The notes: generated by a model from the letters alone, not told the origin. Positions 30,078 through 41,496 are shown, numbered from the stretch's first letter. The stretch: 64,000 nucleotides of DNA from an uncultured cyanobacterium (GCA_963703315.1 OY969811.1:64001-128000); one strand, 5' to 3'. Numbers and translations: made by a program.

Positions 30078-30305
30078 ATGGTGTATACCCCTTTGATTGG
30101 TTTCACTCTATTTGTCATCCTGTTTTTAGGAGTAGCATTTATGCTCAGTTATTTTTGGTGGGCTGATCGCTACAAAACTCCAGAAGTAATTGCCGCAGAA
30201 GTCATGCAGTTTTCCGAACAGTTCACTAACGCAGTATCAGTTTTTGCAGTAGGAATGCTAGCCTTTGGCATCATGCTCATATTTATTAACTTTTCCATCA
30301 AATAA
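30078..30305 (+). CDS. Small two-TM membrane protein
   Basis: GAGGAG RBS upstream; two hydrophobic segments. Confidence 0.6.
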   Translation: MVYTPLIGFTLFVILFLGVAFMLSYFWWADRYKTPEVIAAEVMQFSEQFTNAVSVFAVGMLAFGIMLIFINFSIK

Positions 30306-30338
30306 ATAAGAAGGGCGTGCAAAGAACGCCCTTCTTAT

Positions 30339-30689
30339 TTATAAAAAACCTACTGCGCCACCAAGTAAAACACTCATCCCTGCGATCGCCACAGGATGAA
30401 CGATCAAAGCCCAAATATTGGGAATTCTGATCCCTTCGCACAGGGGAAATACTAAACGGGCGATCGCCGCATTCACAATTAAAAATATCACTGCCCATAA
30501 TGGGATCAAGCGCAAATTTAGCCCTGCTAGTACAAACCAAATCAGGATATTGGCGATCGCTACAGCGCCAACTCCCTGCACCCATCCTTTACCTGATTCA
30601 ATCGGGCGGTTAGGTGACATCCACACCAAACCTAACCAAGTCAGGCTTGCCAATAACCCACAGGCGATCGCATTGTAAAAAAGTTGCAT
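30339..30689 (-). CDS. Small hydrophobic membrane protein (about 4 TM)
   Basis: 116 aa, hydrophobic; last gene of a minus-strand run. Confidence 0.65.
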   Translation of the reverse strand: MQLFYNAIACGLLASLTWLGLVWMSPNRPIESGKGWVQGVGAVAIANILIWFVLAGLNLRLIPLWAVIFLIVNAAIARLVFPLCEGIRIPNIWALIVHPVAIAGMSVLLGGAVGFL

Positions 30690-30720
30690 ATATTTTGCGT
30701 CTCAAGGGCGACTTAACAAT

Positions 30721-32301
30721 TTATTCAATTCTGGCAGGAATTCCCTGACGGCGCAATTGTTCAATTCTTTGCTGAGCTGCATTCGGATCTCGGTAAGAAC
30801 CAACCTGTACTTGTCCATCGCTAGGTCTCACGTATGCATCTCGCTCAATCTGGCGAGCGTTAGATGCGTAGCTATTTTCCACAACTACACGATAGCTGCT
30901 GTTGTTATTAGGTGTAGTAGCTACGGGAGCAGGTGCAGATGATAGAGGTGCAGCATATTTCACCGCCGTATTACTACGGGGGGCGACATAGACCGTTGTG
31001 GGTACTACGGCTGGACTGGTGGCACGACTTACTGGGGCAGCAGTCGAACTTGTGGTACGAGGACTGCTTGATGAACTGCGTTGACTGGGTTCGCTATAGG
31101 TGGCGGCAGGAGGCTCCGTATAGGTTCTGCGAGGAGAAGATGCTGGTGGATTATAGCTTCTCTCTATAGGGGCTAGAACTGGTGGCAATGGTGCAACTGA
31201 AGTCGTCGGGAAAGATGATGAAGGTACAGTTCGCAGTGGTGGACTAGGAACAAAGGTCGTACTTGGGGCGAATAAAGCTGATGATTTTGAGGGATTAGTT
31301 AATGTGTTTTTTGCCGCAGAATCAGTTAACGGTTTGTTAGATTTCGTTAAACCATTAATTGCTTGATTGGATTGAGTTTTATCCCCTGCAAAAGGCACGA
31401 AAGATAAGCCTGTATCATTGGCTCTTTGCTGATTTTGTAAATTAATATCACTGCCTAAATCTGTATTTTTACCGTCAGTTTTACCATCAGTCTGGGCGGC
31501 TTTGGGGCGTGATTCAGGTTTAAAAAGTTTCATCACTCCTGATGGATCAACCATCAGATATCCGATCGCCGCACTAGAGCAGAGCAATAACAACAGCGAG
31601 ATAATTCCCACAGGATTCATCAAGCTGCGTAAAGCACTTTTTTCTTGCGGATATGGCGACTGGTAATTTTGATCAACTGAATCTTGATCGCGATCGGCAT
31701 AATGATCGGCATAGTCATTAGCAAAACTTTGCAAAATATCATCATCATCAGGTTCAGGTATTTTTGCCATTGGCGGTGAGTCTAGCTGCGTCGCATCGCC
31801 ATCAAAACTACTTAGGTTTTGAGCGTAGGCTAAAGGCTCATTGGAGACAACATTATTTGCACTATCAAATCCGCCGAGGTTATCGTTAAGATCTAGCCCT
31901 TTATATCTATGTAATTCTGCGGCAGAAATATTAATCGATGGCGATGACACCGTTCCTAAGTTTGGCATCACAGGCATCTGAATGGTGCGCTGCTCATGCT
32001 CATGTGGATCAATCGGGGTGAGGGGCGAGAGGGCATCGGATAGGCTTGGCGATGTCCAGATCGATTGAGTAGAGACAGCACGAGGTCTGAAGGGATTTAG
32101 ATAAGAAATCGTCTGACCATTTTCTTGCCAATGGCGATAACGATCTAGCTCGTCATTGAGGCTCGCATCCAAACCAGCCAACGCTGTTTGCAAGACTGAA
32201 GACTGAGCGATCGCTGGCAAAAACTCCGTCTCGGCAATAGAGACTTTGGGGTTACTGGGTTTAGCGATCGTGGGGGAGATGGTGGGACTCAATGTTTGCA
32301 T
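30721..32301 (-). CDS. Single-TM protein with low-complexity linker and C-terminal SPOR-like domain
   Basis: TM GIISLLLLLCSSAAIGYLM; C-terminal VQVGSYRDPNAAQQRIEQLRRQGIPA. Confidence 0.75.
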   Translation of the reverse strand: MQTLSPTISPTIAKPSNPKVSIAETEFLPAIAQSSVLQTALAGLDASLNDELDRYRHWQENGQTISYLNPFRPRAVSTQSIWTSPSLSDALSPLTPIDPHEHEQRTIQMPVMPNLGTVSSPSINISAAELHRYKGLDLNDNLGGFDSANNVVSNEPLAYAQNLSSFDGDATQLDSPPMAKIPEPDDDDILQSFANDYADHYADRDQDSVDQNYQSPYPQEKSALRSLMNPVGIISLLLLLCSSAAIGYLMVDPSGVMKLFKPESRPKAAQTDGKTDGKNTDLGSDINLQNQQRANDTGLSFVPFAGDKTQSNQAINGLTKSNKPLTDSAAKNTLTNPSKSSALFAPSTTFVPSPPLRTVPSSSFPTTSVAPLPPVLAPIERSYNPPASSPRRTYTEPPAATYSEPSQRSSSSSPRTTSSTAAPVSRATSPAVVPTTVYVAPRSNTAVKYAAPLSSAPAPVATTPNNNSSYRVVVENSYASNARQIERDAYVRPSDGQVQVGSYRDPNAAQQRIEQLRRQGIPARIE

Positions 32302-32311
32302 AATCTTTACC

Positions 32312-32983
32312 TCAGGCAGGAACGGCGGTTTGAGCTAGGTAAATGTCTCGGATGTCTTCGGGAAGGGCATCTTCTAAGGCGTGATAAGCCTTGACTAGAA
32401 GCTGTTTAACATCGCTAGCAGAGATGTTTTCGCCTTCAGCGTGTAAGTAGGCAGCGATACGAGTATGGCTCCACTGAAAAGTTTGAGACAACAATAGTAT
32501 CAGACGTAGGTTACCTGCCATCTGATTTAAGGCTTGATTTAGGTAGCACCAAAAGACAGGAGGCGTGTCTTTGAGCGAATATTGAATGTCTTCGACAGGT
32601 GGAACTTCGGCACGATTAATCATCATGGCGGCGATATTAATCAACCAACTTTGCAAGGATAGGCGTGGGTTATTGACTCGGAGGTCTAGCACCCGCATCT
32701 CATGGTAGATATATTCCCAAGTCTTTACAAATAAGTAATCTGATTGCACAGGCGATCGCGTGGCTGTGCCAATCAGGGTATATAGCACCTGTCCATAGCG
32801 ACAAAAAATCGCGGCAAAATATTGACCCTCTTCAGGATGTCTTTGAAATAGTGTCACGAGTTCGCGATCGCTTTTCTGGAAAAGCGCCTGAATCTTAGGG
32901 TGATGAATTTCGGGAAGGGGGGGAAGCTGCACGGTCACGGCTATTGCTAGCTCACTGTATAAGTTTTCAATTTTGATGCACAC
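32312..32983 (-). CDS. Sigma-70/ECF-like family protein (cyanobacterial)
   Basis: SDRELV...FAAIFCRYG, LQSWL, region-4-like C-terminus (IAAYL). Confidence 0.65.
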   Translation of the reverse strand: MCIKIENLYSELAIAVTVQLPPLPEIHHPKIQALFQKSDRELVTLFQRHPEEGQYFAAIFCRYGQVLYTLIGTATRSPVQSDYLFVKTWEYIYHEMRVLDLRVNNPRLSLQSWLINIAAMMINRAEVPPVEDIQYSLKDTPPVFWCYLNQALNQMAGNLRLILLLSQTFQWSHTRIAAYLHAEGENISASDVKQLLVKAYHALEDALPEDIRDIYLAQTAVPA

Positions 32984-33114
32984 ATACTAGCAGCAAAGTA
33001 TGATAATGCAACCCGTACTTCGTACTAAATCCAAAAGTATCGCGCAGCACTTCTGGAAAGTGAGAGCTTGATGTATGTACAAGCTGACTACAGCTTTTTG
33101 GGGCGAGCTATGGG

Positions 33115-33726
33115 CTAAAAGTTAATACTCAGTAATAATTTAACGGTATTGCCTAGCCAAATCAGAGCAACGACACCGCCAGCGATCGCTAAGGGGACGA
33201 TGGCTAAGGCTTTCCAACTTTTAATACCTAATGCCACTGATGCGCTCCATATTTGCCAGATCACAAACCAGATGATTACCGCGATCGCCGCAGGGATACG
33301 ATAAGCAGACGATACACTCAGCGCAGGAGCCATAAATAGCCAAGGCAAACTGGCAAACCCTGTTAGTGTCAGCAACTCGACCAGTTGAACATTTTTTTGA
33401 AAAACACTAGCTAATTGTTGCAGAAGAAATGTGAAAAATAGCCAGCCGATTACACTACTAATCACCGAGCCGATGATGCTGAAAATAGAAATCTGATTGA
33501 GGCGCAGGGTTTCTAAAACATTGACCAGAGCAATAATAGTTGCCGCTTGTACCAAGCTCGGATCAGACTTAAGTTGCTCAAAGGTGGCTTGGGGGAGGAA
33601 TAATACTCCATAGAGGCGATCGAGAAATGTCCCCAAATTTTGTGGCGATTGAGGCGAGTTAACATTTGCGTTGCTATCTATGGCAATCTCTGTGAAATCG
33701 TCAGAATTTGGCTCGGTGGGATTCAT
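33115..33726 (-). CDS. Yip1-family membrane protein
   Basis: LYGVLFLPQATFEQL followed by about five TM segments. Confidence 0.65.
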   Translation of the reverse strand: MNPTEPNSDDFTEIAIDSNANVNSPQSPQNLGTFLDRLYGVLFLPQATFEQLKSDPSLVQAATIIALVNVLETLRLNQISIFSIIGSVISSVIGWLFFTFLLQQLASVFQKNVQLVELLTLTGFASLPWLFMAPALSVSSAYRIPAAIAVIIWFVIWQIWSASVALGIKSWKALAIVPLAIAGGVVALIWLGNTVKLLLSINF

Positions 33727-33784
33727 AAAAGCTAATGGTTACGTTGATTAAGTCGAACTTTGCCGTGATTTTGTCTTAATCTAA

Positions 33785-33887
33785 TAAGTAGCTGGGCATA
33801 GTTAAAAAACAGAGCTAAAACCTGTGGCGCTCACTGCACGTGCGCCATAGGTTTCAGGGTTTCTATTTAATTGCGCCCAGCTACTTA
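33785..33887. mobile_element. MITE-like element (TAAGTAGCT family), complete
   Basis: TIR taagtagctgggc / gcccagctactta; central degenerate hairpin. Confidence 0.75.
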
Positions 33888-33909
33888 CTAATTGCTAACT
33901 GACTTTAAC

Positions 33910-35247
33910 ATGATTGACCTTGATACTACGCAACCCCATCATCTCCTCAATATTGATGCTAACCAATTGCCACAAGGCTTACGGGGCAGAATTACTATTC
34001 CAGGAGATAAATCGATCTCGCATCGGGCGTTAATGCTTGGCTCACTGGCTGAGGGAGAAACTAAAATTCGCGGTCTACTACTAGGTGAAGATCCCCGTAG
34101 TACGGCGGCTTGTTTTACCGCGATGGGGGCGGAAATATCAGAACTTAATTCTGAACTAGTAACGGTTAGGGGAATTGGACTAGGTAACCTGAAGGAACCT
34201 GTAGATGTGCTGAATGCAGGAAATTCGGGAACAACTTTGCGCTTAATGTTAGGAATTTTGGCAAGTCATCCCGATCGCTTTTTTACAGTGACAGGTGATG
34301 CTTCATTGCGATCGCGCCCGATGTCTCGTGTAGTCAATCCTTTACGCCAAATGGGAGCGCATATATGGGGTAGAGAAAATGGAGCAAAAGCGCCCCTCGC
34401 TATTTCAGGACAAAACCTCAAAGCTATTCACTATCAATCCCCTGTCGCTTCGGCACAGGTCAAGTCCTGCATTATGTTGGCAGGTTTAATGACTGACGGG
34501 GAGACAATTATTACCGAGCCAGAGCGATCGCGCGATCATAGCGAAAGAATGCTGGCGGCTTTTGGCGCAAAAATAACTGTAGATGTGAATAGCAATACCG
34601 TCTCTGTCAAAGGTGGGGCAAAGTTAATAGGACAAGAAGTAACCGTCCCTGGAGACATTAGCTCAGCCGCATTTTGGTTAGTAGCCGCTTCGATCGTTCC
34701 CAATTCTGACTTAGTAATTGAGAATGTCGGTATTAATCCTACTCGTACAGGTGTATTGGAAGTTCTTGCGGAGATGGGAGCTGATATTACCTATGAGAAC
34801 CAACGGGAAGTTACAGGTGAACCTGTCGCCGACTTACACGTTCGTTCTGCCTCTCTCAAGGCTTGTAGGATTGGTGGGGCGGTGATCCCTAGACTGATTG
34901 ATGAGATTCCAATTTTAGCGATCGCTGCTAGTTGTGCCGAAGGAACGACAATCATCGAAGATGCCGAAGAGTTGCGCGTTAAAGAAAGCGATCGCATTGT
35001 GGCAATGGTCAAAGAACTAACTAAACTCGGAGCGCATATTACCGAACGCCCTGACGGTATGGAGATTGTTGGTGGTAAAGCCCTTACTGGCGCTGAAGTT
35101 GATAGCTATGACGATCATCGAGTAGCAATGAGTTTAGCGATCGCGGCTTTAGTTGCCAAAGGCAAGACTTCGATCAATCGCGCCGAGTCCGCAGCTATTT
35201 CCTATCCATCCTTTATTCCCACTTTACAAAGCTTGTACTCCAACTAG
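33910..35247 (+). CDS. aroA: EPSP synthase
   Basis: [42 protein letters not shown]. Confidence 0.97.
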   Translation: MIDLDTTQPHHLLNIDANQLPQGLRGRITIPGDKSISHRALMLGSLAEGETKIRGLLLGEDPRSTAACFTAMGAEISELNSELVTVRGIGLGNLKEPVDVLNAGNSGTTLRLMLGILASHPDRFFTVTGDASLRSRPMSRVVNPLRQMGAHIWGRENGAKAPLAISGQNLKAIHYQSPVASAQVKSCIMLAGLMTDGETIITEPERSRDHSERMLAAFGAKITVDVNSNTVSVKGGAKLIGQEVTVPGDISSAAFWLVAASIVPNSDLVIENVGINPTRTGVLEVLAEMGADITYENQREVTGEPVADLHVRSASLKACRIGGAVIPRLIDEIPILAIAASCAEGTTIIEDAEELRVKESDRIVAMVKELTKLGAHITERPDGMEIVGGKALTGAEVDSYDDHRVAMSLAIAALVAKGKTSINRAESAAISYPSFIPTLQSLYSN

Positions 35248-35248
35248 T

Positions 35249-36541
35249 TAGGGCAACCGCACACGTTTCTTAACAATTAACGAGATTTAGACAGCGACTA
35301 TGTTTAAGGTACTCAGGATATCCTTAAGATAGTTGTTGTTCCAGCCAGCTTTAAGACGTTTTGTCTTGACACCGACCTTACTGTTTTTATCTCTTGACAA
35401 CAAATTTAAACTGATATGACGTATAACAGCCAAGTTTTCGGCAATATAGCCTCGGCAGGATTGCGAAGCATCTTCACCAAAACCAACATCAAGAATCCAA
35501 TGTAGTTGATTTTCAATACTCCAGTGATTTCTGACAGATTGGGAAAATCTGTGGACATCACTCTCAAGACTAAGCAGATAGTATCGCTGCTCAGTAGAAA
35601 TAATTCCATTTATAATGCGCTCTGATTCAACCATACCAATACTTTTCAAACCTATCCATTTCTCTGCACCGATTAAGTATTCGGTATTACCCATTGTCCA
35701 ATAGCGACGAGTTTCAATGCGCCCATGTCCTTTCTCAACCGTTTCATAGAACTGATGTTCAATATTTTTGAAGTTCTGTTCTCGTGCAGAGGTAAATAGT
35801 TCACGCACATCTTTATGGAGATTACCTTGATTGCCTTTCAGTGCTAACACATAATCTGCTCCCTCTTCGATGATTGTTTTCGCGATTTCGGTCTGACATC
35901 CCATTGCATCTATGCTCACCACACAACCTCGTATCGCTAACATTTTTAGCAATGATGGAATCGCTGTTATTTCATTGGATTTCTCGTCCACTTTTTGCTG
36001 TCCCAATACCAAATGTTGTGATGCTGACCACACACTCACCATATGAATCAGACTACGCGAATTTCCTGCTTCCTTTGCTCCTCTCAGGGTTTTGCCATCT
36101 ATGTTTATCAATTCTCCGTCGGTGGATTCATGGACTGCTTCCATCCAGCTAATAAAGCTTTTTTGCAATGCTTCTGGCTTCAGTCTCGCAAATAATCTCT
36201 CGAATGTATCTACTGACGGTATGCCGTTTGCTAATTCCAAAAATGTCTTTAACCATTCTTCTTTCTCTTTGCCATATTCGGCGATTGCTACGAAGTTATC
36301 GGCTCCACAGATCACTGCACAAATCGTGATTATCAATATGTCGAGTAGCTTATGCAGGATACTGTGTGCTGCTCTGGGATCTTGCAAGTTCCCAAAGTGG
36401 GTTTCGATTAATCCGACGGGACTGACTGTTGCTAGCATTTTGGACTTATCTTTCTAAATATCCTCAATTCTCCCGTTTCTCCCTTTTTTCCTCGTTAAGA
36501 AATGTTCGCTAGTTTGTTAAGAAACGTGTGCGGTTGCCCTA
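35249..36541 (-). mobile_element. Complete ISAs1-family insertion sequence (1293 bp)
   Basis: Perfect 28-bp TIR tagggcaaccgcacacgtttcttaacaa; 10-bp direct repeat tccaactagt at 35239-35248 and 36542-36551. Confidence 0.95.
35287..36438 (-). CDS. ISAs1-family DDE transposase
   Basis: DPR, IDGKTLRG, KSNEITAIP, IDAMGCQ, LKGNQ, HGRIETR, RNHWSIENQLHW. Confidence 0.97.
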   Translation of the reverse strand: MLATVSPVGLIETHFGNLQDPRAAHSILHKLLDILIITICAVICGADNFVAIAEYGKEKEEWLKTFLELANGIPSVDTFERLFARLKPEALQKSFISWMEAVHESTDGELINIDGKTLRGAKEAGNSRSLIHMVSVWSASQHLVLGQQKVDEKSNEITAIPSLLKMLAIRGCVVSIDAMGCQTEIAKTIIEEGADYVLALKGNQGNLHKDVRELFTSAREQNFKNIEHQFYETVEKGHGRIETRRYWTMGNTEYLIGAEKWIGLKSIGMVESERIINGIISTEQRYYLLSLESDVHRFSQSVRNHWSIENQLHWILDVGFGEDASQSCRGYIAENLAVIRHISLNLLSRDKNSKVGVKTKRLKAGWNNNYLKDILSTLNIVAV

Positions 36542-36559
36542 TCCAACTAGTACCAAAAC

Positions 36560-36663
36560 TAAGTAGCTAGGCATAAGTAAACTTAAAACCTAGAAGCTTG
36601 TGCCGCACGCTTAGCGTGCGGCACAAGCTCTCGTTTTGGGTTTTAACTATGCCTAGCTACTTA
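36560..36663. mobile_element. MITE-like element (TAAGTAGCT family), complete, inserted at TA inside another repeat
   Basis: 16-bp TIR including TA: taagtagctaggcata / tatgcctagctactta; empty-site version of the host repeat at 47481-47527. Confidence 0.85.
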
Positions 36664-36767
36664 AAAATGGCTCCACCATTTTTAGTTTTAAAAAACCTTA
36701 GAAGTTACGTATTTTTAGAGTGGTGGCGCGAAGCGCCACCACTCTAAACTATCTAAATTGGATAGTC

Positions 36768-37796
36768 CTATTTATTTAAAAATGACTCTACTACTTTGAC
36801 ATTCTCAGAACTGCCGATAATTAATGGTGTACGGGTATGGAGCTTCTCAGGAATCACATCAAGAATTTCTTGAGTTCCCGTAGTAGCTCGACCACCTGCT
36901 TGCTCAACTAAAAAGGCTAAGGGAGCAGACTCATAAAGTAACCGCAATTTTCCATCTGCATGACCAACTGTACCAGGATAGAGAAACACACCTCCCTGAA
37001 AGAGAATCCGATGGATATCCGCAACTAGCGCTCCCGAATAACGGGCAGTATTGCCAGCTTGTCGATGGATATAGCGTACATATTCACGCATGGGTTCTTC
37101 CCATTGCCAGAAGTTTCCTTCATTTACACTATAAATTGAACCCTTTAGAGGAATGTGAATATTCTCTTGAGATAGAATAAATTCTCCAATACTAGGATCG
37201 AGTGTAAAAGCGTGAACACCTTTACCAATGGAATAAACTAGCATTGTACTAGTACCGTAAAGAATATAACCAGCCCCAATTTGCTTGCGTCCAGATTGTA
37301 ATAAATCTAGAGCTTCTCCTGACTCATCATTTCCCTCTTGTTGCCGAATCGAAAAGATAGAACCGATCGCTAAATTTACGTCAATATTGCTAGAGCCATC
37401 GATGGGATCATAGAGCAAAGTATAGCGACCTATGGGACAATTTTCAGGAATATAGTAGGGCTTTTCCATTTCTTCGGAAGCCAAACGACAGACTAGACCA
37501 CTTTGCTCAAAGGCGCGGAGAAAAACCCGATTAGCGTAGCGATCCATCGTTTTTACCGCTTCACCCTGCACATTAATCTCACCTGTTACGCCCAGCACAT
37601 TTTCGACTAAACCTGCACGGCTTAAGTGTCTAGCGATCGTTTTACCTGCTAACCCAATCCGCCCCATCAATGCACTAAGGTCATAGGATGTCGCAGAAAA
37701 TGTCCCAAACTGCGAGAGGACGTGCTGCGAAAGGGTCGTAAAGTCACGTTCAAGGACAATCTCTTCCGCAGGGTTGAGTCTGGTAGAATCGGTCAT
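36768..37796 (-). CDS. fbp: Class 1 fructose-1,6-bisphosphatase
   Basis: [34 protein letters not shown]. Confidence 0.96.
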   Translation of the reverse strand: MTDSTRLNPAEEIVLERDFTTLSQHVLSQFGTFSATSYDLSALMGRIGLAGKTIARHLSRAGLVENVLGVTGEINVQGEAVKTMDRYANRVFLRAFEQSGLVCRLASEEMEKPYYIPENCPIGRYTLLYDPIDGSSNIDVNLAIGSIFSIRQQEGNDESGEALDLLQSGRKQIGAGYILYGTSTMLVYSIGKGVHAFTLDPSIGEFILSQENIHIPLKGSIYSVNEGNFWQWEEPMREYVRYIHRQAGNTARYSGALVADIHRILFQGGVFLYPGTVGHADGKLRLLYESAPLAFLVEQAGGRATTGTQEILDVIPEKLHTRTPLIIGSSENVKVVESFLNK

Positions 37797-37969
37797 GGTG
37801 CGATTACCTTAATTCTTCTTTTCCCTTATTAGTCTAATTCATCTAGCGTTTTTCATGAAGTATAGCTGTCGCCAGTCTTAAACCAGAAGACGAGTTGCGG
37901 CGCAACTCGTCTTCTGGAATGCTGATCGCTTGAAAATTCCTATAGTATTGTTCCAATACAGAAATAATC

Positions 37970-39190
37970 ATGAGTATTTGTTCTAGTTGCCAAGCCGTAA
38001 ATCCTGATAGTTATCAATTTTGTCAATCTTGCGGCACTAAAATTCTTGTAGATACCTCCTCTATGAATATTCTTGGAGAAGAAGCTCTTAAACCTTCTTC
38101 CACTCCCACTATGCCCCTAAATTTAGAGAATATCTTAGAAGAGATCCAGATTCAGGTAGAAGAATTGGCATCTTCTCAACTAGAGGGAAATTCAGCACAA
38201 TCACCACAGCGATCGCTAGAAGAAACAACTTCAACATCAAGTGCAGTAGATTTAGCAAAAGATTTAGCAAATACTAATCCCGAACTACCAACGGTTATCC
38301 ATCCTCGCATAGGTTCGACAATGCACTTGCAGGATATAGTCTATGCTGGCAAGACTGATGTTGGTAGACAACGCGATCGCAATGAAGATGACTTTGTGAC
38401 AATTTTGCAAACTCGCTGCATTAATGGCAAAAGTCAAACTAGCGATCACAGTTATCGAGGGTTATTTGTATTGTGTGATGGTATGGGGGGACATGATGGG
38501 GGGACAGAGGCAAGTGCGATCGCCGTTAACTCTATTACTGAGCAGTTTCAACCATTTTGGAGCGCTACTTTGCCAGGGGCGAAAAAACTCAATGAAGTGA
38601 TCACTAAGGCTAATCAGGAAATTTTTGAAAGGAATGAAAGTGAGCAACGCCAAGATCTCAGCAGAATGGGAACAACTTTGGTGATGTTGGCAGTTCATGA
38701 TCTGGAAGTGGCGATCGCCCATGTTGGGGATAGTCGCATCTATAAAGTGACGAATAGCACCAATAGTCAAAATTCCCCAACTGAAAATTCTGATAATTCT
38801 TTAGAGTCTGCCCATCCCCAATTAGAGCAAATAACTCGTGATCATGAAGTTCTCAACCAATTACTAGATCTGGGAATGGATTTTGAGTCTGCCTCAACGC
38901 GACCGAATGCTCATCAATTAACTCAAGCGTTAGGACCTAATTCAGGCGATCGCCTTGAACCTGCTATTCAGTTTTTCGCACTTACTGAACCAGCTTTATT
39001 TTTACTCTGTTCCGATGGGTTGTGTGACAACGATGCGATCGAGCAGAACTGGCAAACCCATTTACTACCGATTTTAAATCAGGAGATTGATATCGAAACG
39101 GGTTTAGACAATCTGATTGAGTTAGGAAATAACGTCAATGGTCATGATAATCTCACCGCGATTCTGGTTTTATGCAATCTTGTTGCTTAA
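37970..39190 (+). CDS. PP2C/PPM Ser/Thr phosphatase with N-terminal zinc ribbon
   Basis: CSSC..CQSC; DVGRQRDRNED, CDGMGG, HVGDSR, CSDGL, GHDN. Confidence 0.92.
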   Translation: MSICSSCQAVNPDSYQFCQSCGTKILVDTSSMNILGEEALKPSSTPTMPLNLENILEEIQIQVEELASSQLEGNSAQSPQRSLEETTSTSSAVDLAKDLANTNPELPTVIHPRIGSTMHLQDIVYAGKTDVGRQRDRNEDDFVTILQTRCINGKSQTSDHSYRGLFVLCDGMGGHDGGTEASAIAVNSITEQFQPFWSATLPGAKKLNEVITKANQEIFERNESEQRQDLSRMGTTLVMLAVHDLEVAIAHVGDSRIYKVTNSTNSQNSPTENSDNSLESAHPQLEQITRDHEVLNQLLDLGMDFESASTRPNAHQLTQALGPNSGDRLEPAIQFFALTEPALFLLCSDGLCDNDAIEQNWQTHLLPILNQEIDIETGLDNLIELGNNVNGHDNLTAILVLCNLVA

Positions 39191-39211
39191 GTCTCTTTGT
39201 TACAAAAAAAG

Positions 39212-39248
39212 TTACAAAAAAACCTCGCATTGCGAGGTTTTTTTGTAA
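39212..39248. terminator. Bidirectional terminator-like palindrome between the PP2C gene and rpsI
   Basis: ttacaaaaaaacctcgc-att-gcgaggtttttttgtaa. Confidence 0.75.
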
Positions 39249-39662
39249 TTACCGTTTCGAGTATTGAGGAGCCTTACGAGCTTTCTTAAGTCCGTATTTC
39301 TTACGTTCCTTAGAACGAGGATCGCGGGTTAAGTAACCTTCAACCTTGAGAGGCTTACGATTTTCGGGAGCCAATTCAACCAATGCACGAGCCACACCCA
39401 ATTTGATTGCGTCAGCTTGACCTGTGACACCACCACCATGAGCATTGACCAAAACATCATACTCATTTTCCAAGCCCAAGGTTTCCAGAGGAGCCTTAAC
39501 ACCTGAAATGTAGCTGGGGTTGAACTGCAAGTACAGATCACCAGGTTTGCCATTGATCACGATTTTGCCTTCGCCTGGAACAAGACGCACACGAGCGATC
39601 GCTCTTTTACGACGACCAGTACCCCAGTAAACAGCACGATTAGAACGTTCAGTATCTGACAT
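39249..39662 (-). CDS. rpsI: 30S ribosomal protein S9
   Basis: [32 protein letters not shown]. Confidence 0.99.
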   Translation of the reverse strand: MSDTERSNRAVYWGTGRRKRAIARVRLVPGEGKIVINGKPGDLYLQFNPSYISGVKAPLETLGLENEYDVLVNAHGGGVTGQADAIKLGVARALVELAPENRKPLKVEGYLTRDPRSKERKKYGLKKARKAPQYSKR

Positions 39663-39674
39663 CAGTTATTTCTC

Positions 39675-40142
39675 CTACTTCTGCGATGGAATGGTATTGA
39701 TCACCAAGGTTTCAGGCTGTTGTGCCTCATGGGGATGGCTAGCACCCTTATAAACCTTGAGTTTAGTGAAAAGCTGACGACCGAGGGTATTCTTCGGCAA
39801 CATACCCTTAATGGCGTGTTCAAGCACACGCTCAGGTACACGGGCAATTACCTTATCAAAGGTTTCAGTCTTCATTCCACCTGGGCGACCAGAATGTCTT
39901 CTGTATAGCTTTTGAGTGGATTTCTTCCCAGTGACGGCAATTTTTTCAGCGTTGATCACAACGACAAAATCGCCAGTATCCAAGTGAGGCGTATAGATGG
40001 GCTTATTTTTACCGCGCAAGATTACCGCGATCGCACTAGCTAACCGTCCGAGGCGTTGACCTTCGGCATCGATAATGTACCATTTGCGGTCTGGCTCTTT
40101 GGGTAAGTAGCTTTTATTAGGAGTGATGGTAGTTGTAGTCAT
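39675..40142 (-). CDS. rplM: 50S ribosomal protein L13
   Basis: [27 protein letters not shown]. Confidence 0.99.
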   Translation of the reverse strand: MTTTTITPNKSYLPKEPDRKWYIIDAEGQRLGRLASAIAVILRGKNKPIYTPHLDTGDFVVVINAEKIAVTGKKSTQKLYRRHSGRPGGMKTETFDKVIARVPERVLEHAIKGMLPKNTLGRQLFTKLKVYKGASHPHEAQQPETLVINTIPSQK

Positions 40143-40177
40143 GAGTTTCTCTACAAACGAATTTTTCTATGAAAATT

Positions 40178-41002
40178 TTATTTAGTTTTTGTTTGACTTG
40201 ATATTTGCAAAATATTTGCAAACTCTGCAAATGGGTTATCGACATAGCCGATCGCTAATAAGCATAGTCCTTGCGGCGGTGCGGCATATTTAACTTCAAT
40301 ACGGCGCTTTTCTTGCCATCTGTTAGTAAAGTCAGCAATGGTCAGGCGTGAGCGCCCCACATCGACTAACTGCCCAACTAACAAGCGAATCATGCCATAC
40401 AGAAAACCACTTGCCTGAACTTCGACATGGACAAAATCGCCATCGCGCCAACATAATGCTTCTTGAAGCTCAAGACGACTATGGGGACGGCTTGAACCTG
40501 CTCTCTGGAACGCTGCCATATCCTGCTCGCCGAGCATTAGCTGCAAGGCTTGATGGATTAGCTGTTCGTCAAGGCGATCGTGGTAGTAGTGCCAACTAAA
40601 CTGCTTCACAAATAAATTCGGAATTGCGGCTGTGTAAATCGTGTAACGATAACGTCGCCATGTTGCCGAAAATCTAGCGTGCCAGTCGGAAGCCACTTCT
40701 GTCGATCCGCAGATCAAGATGTCTTCGGGCAGGTAACTATTTAGCACCTTTGCCCAACGTTGAGGAGGGATGAAGCTAGATGTATCAAAATGCGCCACTT
40801 GAGCCGCAGCATGAACACCTGTATCTGTTCTACCTGCACTATGCAAAACCGTTGGCTTTCCGCAGATCTGAGCGATCGCTTCTTCAATGGTTTGTTGCAC
40901 GGAGGGATGATGGGGCTGTCTTTGCCACCCGTAATAATGTGTACCGAGGTATTGAATAGCCAAAGCCACACGGCGGGAAGACTCAGAATCAGCAGCAAAC
41001 AT
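40178..41002 (-). CDS. truA: tRNA pseudouridine(38-40) synthase
   Basis: GWQRQ, AGRTDTGVHA, FLYGMIR, APPQGL. Confidence 0.97.
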   Translation of the reverse strand: MFAADSESSRRVALAIQYLGTHYYGWQRQPHHPSVQQTIEEAIAQICGKPTVLHSAGRTDTGVHAAAQVAHFDTSSFIPPQRWAKVLNSYLPEDILICGSTEVASDWHARFSATWRRYRYTIYTAAIPNLFVKQFSWHYYHDRLDEQLIHQALQLMLGEQDMAAFQRAGSSRPHSRLELQEALCWRDGDFVHVEVQASGFLYGMIRLLVGQLVDVGRSRLTIADFTNRWQEKRRIEVKYAAPPQGLCLLAIGYVDNPFAEFANILQISSQTKTK

Positions 41003-41019
41003 CTTTATCCAAGCTGATC

Positions 41020-41454
41020 TTATACGAGTTGCAAGATTGCAATTTCCGCATTGTCACCACGACGGTTAACGGTACGGACGATACGGGTATAACCACCGTT
41101 GCGATCAGCGTAACGTTCTTTAGCTTGGGTAAACAATAGGTCAACTAAGCTAGTTACACGCTCATCTTCAGGTAGTTGTTCTTGCTTTGTCTTGGTTTGG
41201 ACGCGATCGCTTACAGGTTCGCCATCCTTAACCGAGATATCGTATAGATAGGCGATCGCTTGACGGCGAGCGTGCAGAGAACCATTCTTCGCAAGGGTAA
41301 TAATATGGTCAGCAGTGGTGCGAACCGCATTAGCTCTAGCTCTGGTGGTTTTAATTTCGCCTCTGAGGATTAATTCAGTCGTCAAAGCACGGAGAAGCGC
41401 TTTACGCTGGTCAGCAGCTTTATTAAGCTGAGGGGTTTTATTACGGTGACGCAT
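41020..41454 (-). CDS. rplQ: 50S ribosomal protein L17 (with an internal insertion)
   Basis: [24 protein letters not shown]. Confidence 0.97.
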   Translation of the reverse strand: MRHRNKTPQLNKAADQRKALLRALTTELILRGEIKTTRARANAVRTTADHIITLAKNGSLHARRQAIAYLYDISVKDGEPVSDRVQTKTKQEQLPEDERVTSLVDLLFTQAKERYADRNGGYTRIVRTVNRRGDNAEIAILQLV

Positions 41455-41496
41455 AGGTATGTACTAGATGGATATGAAACTCTTTACCGAGTTTGT

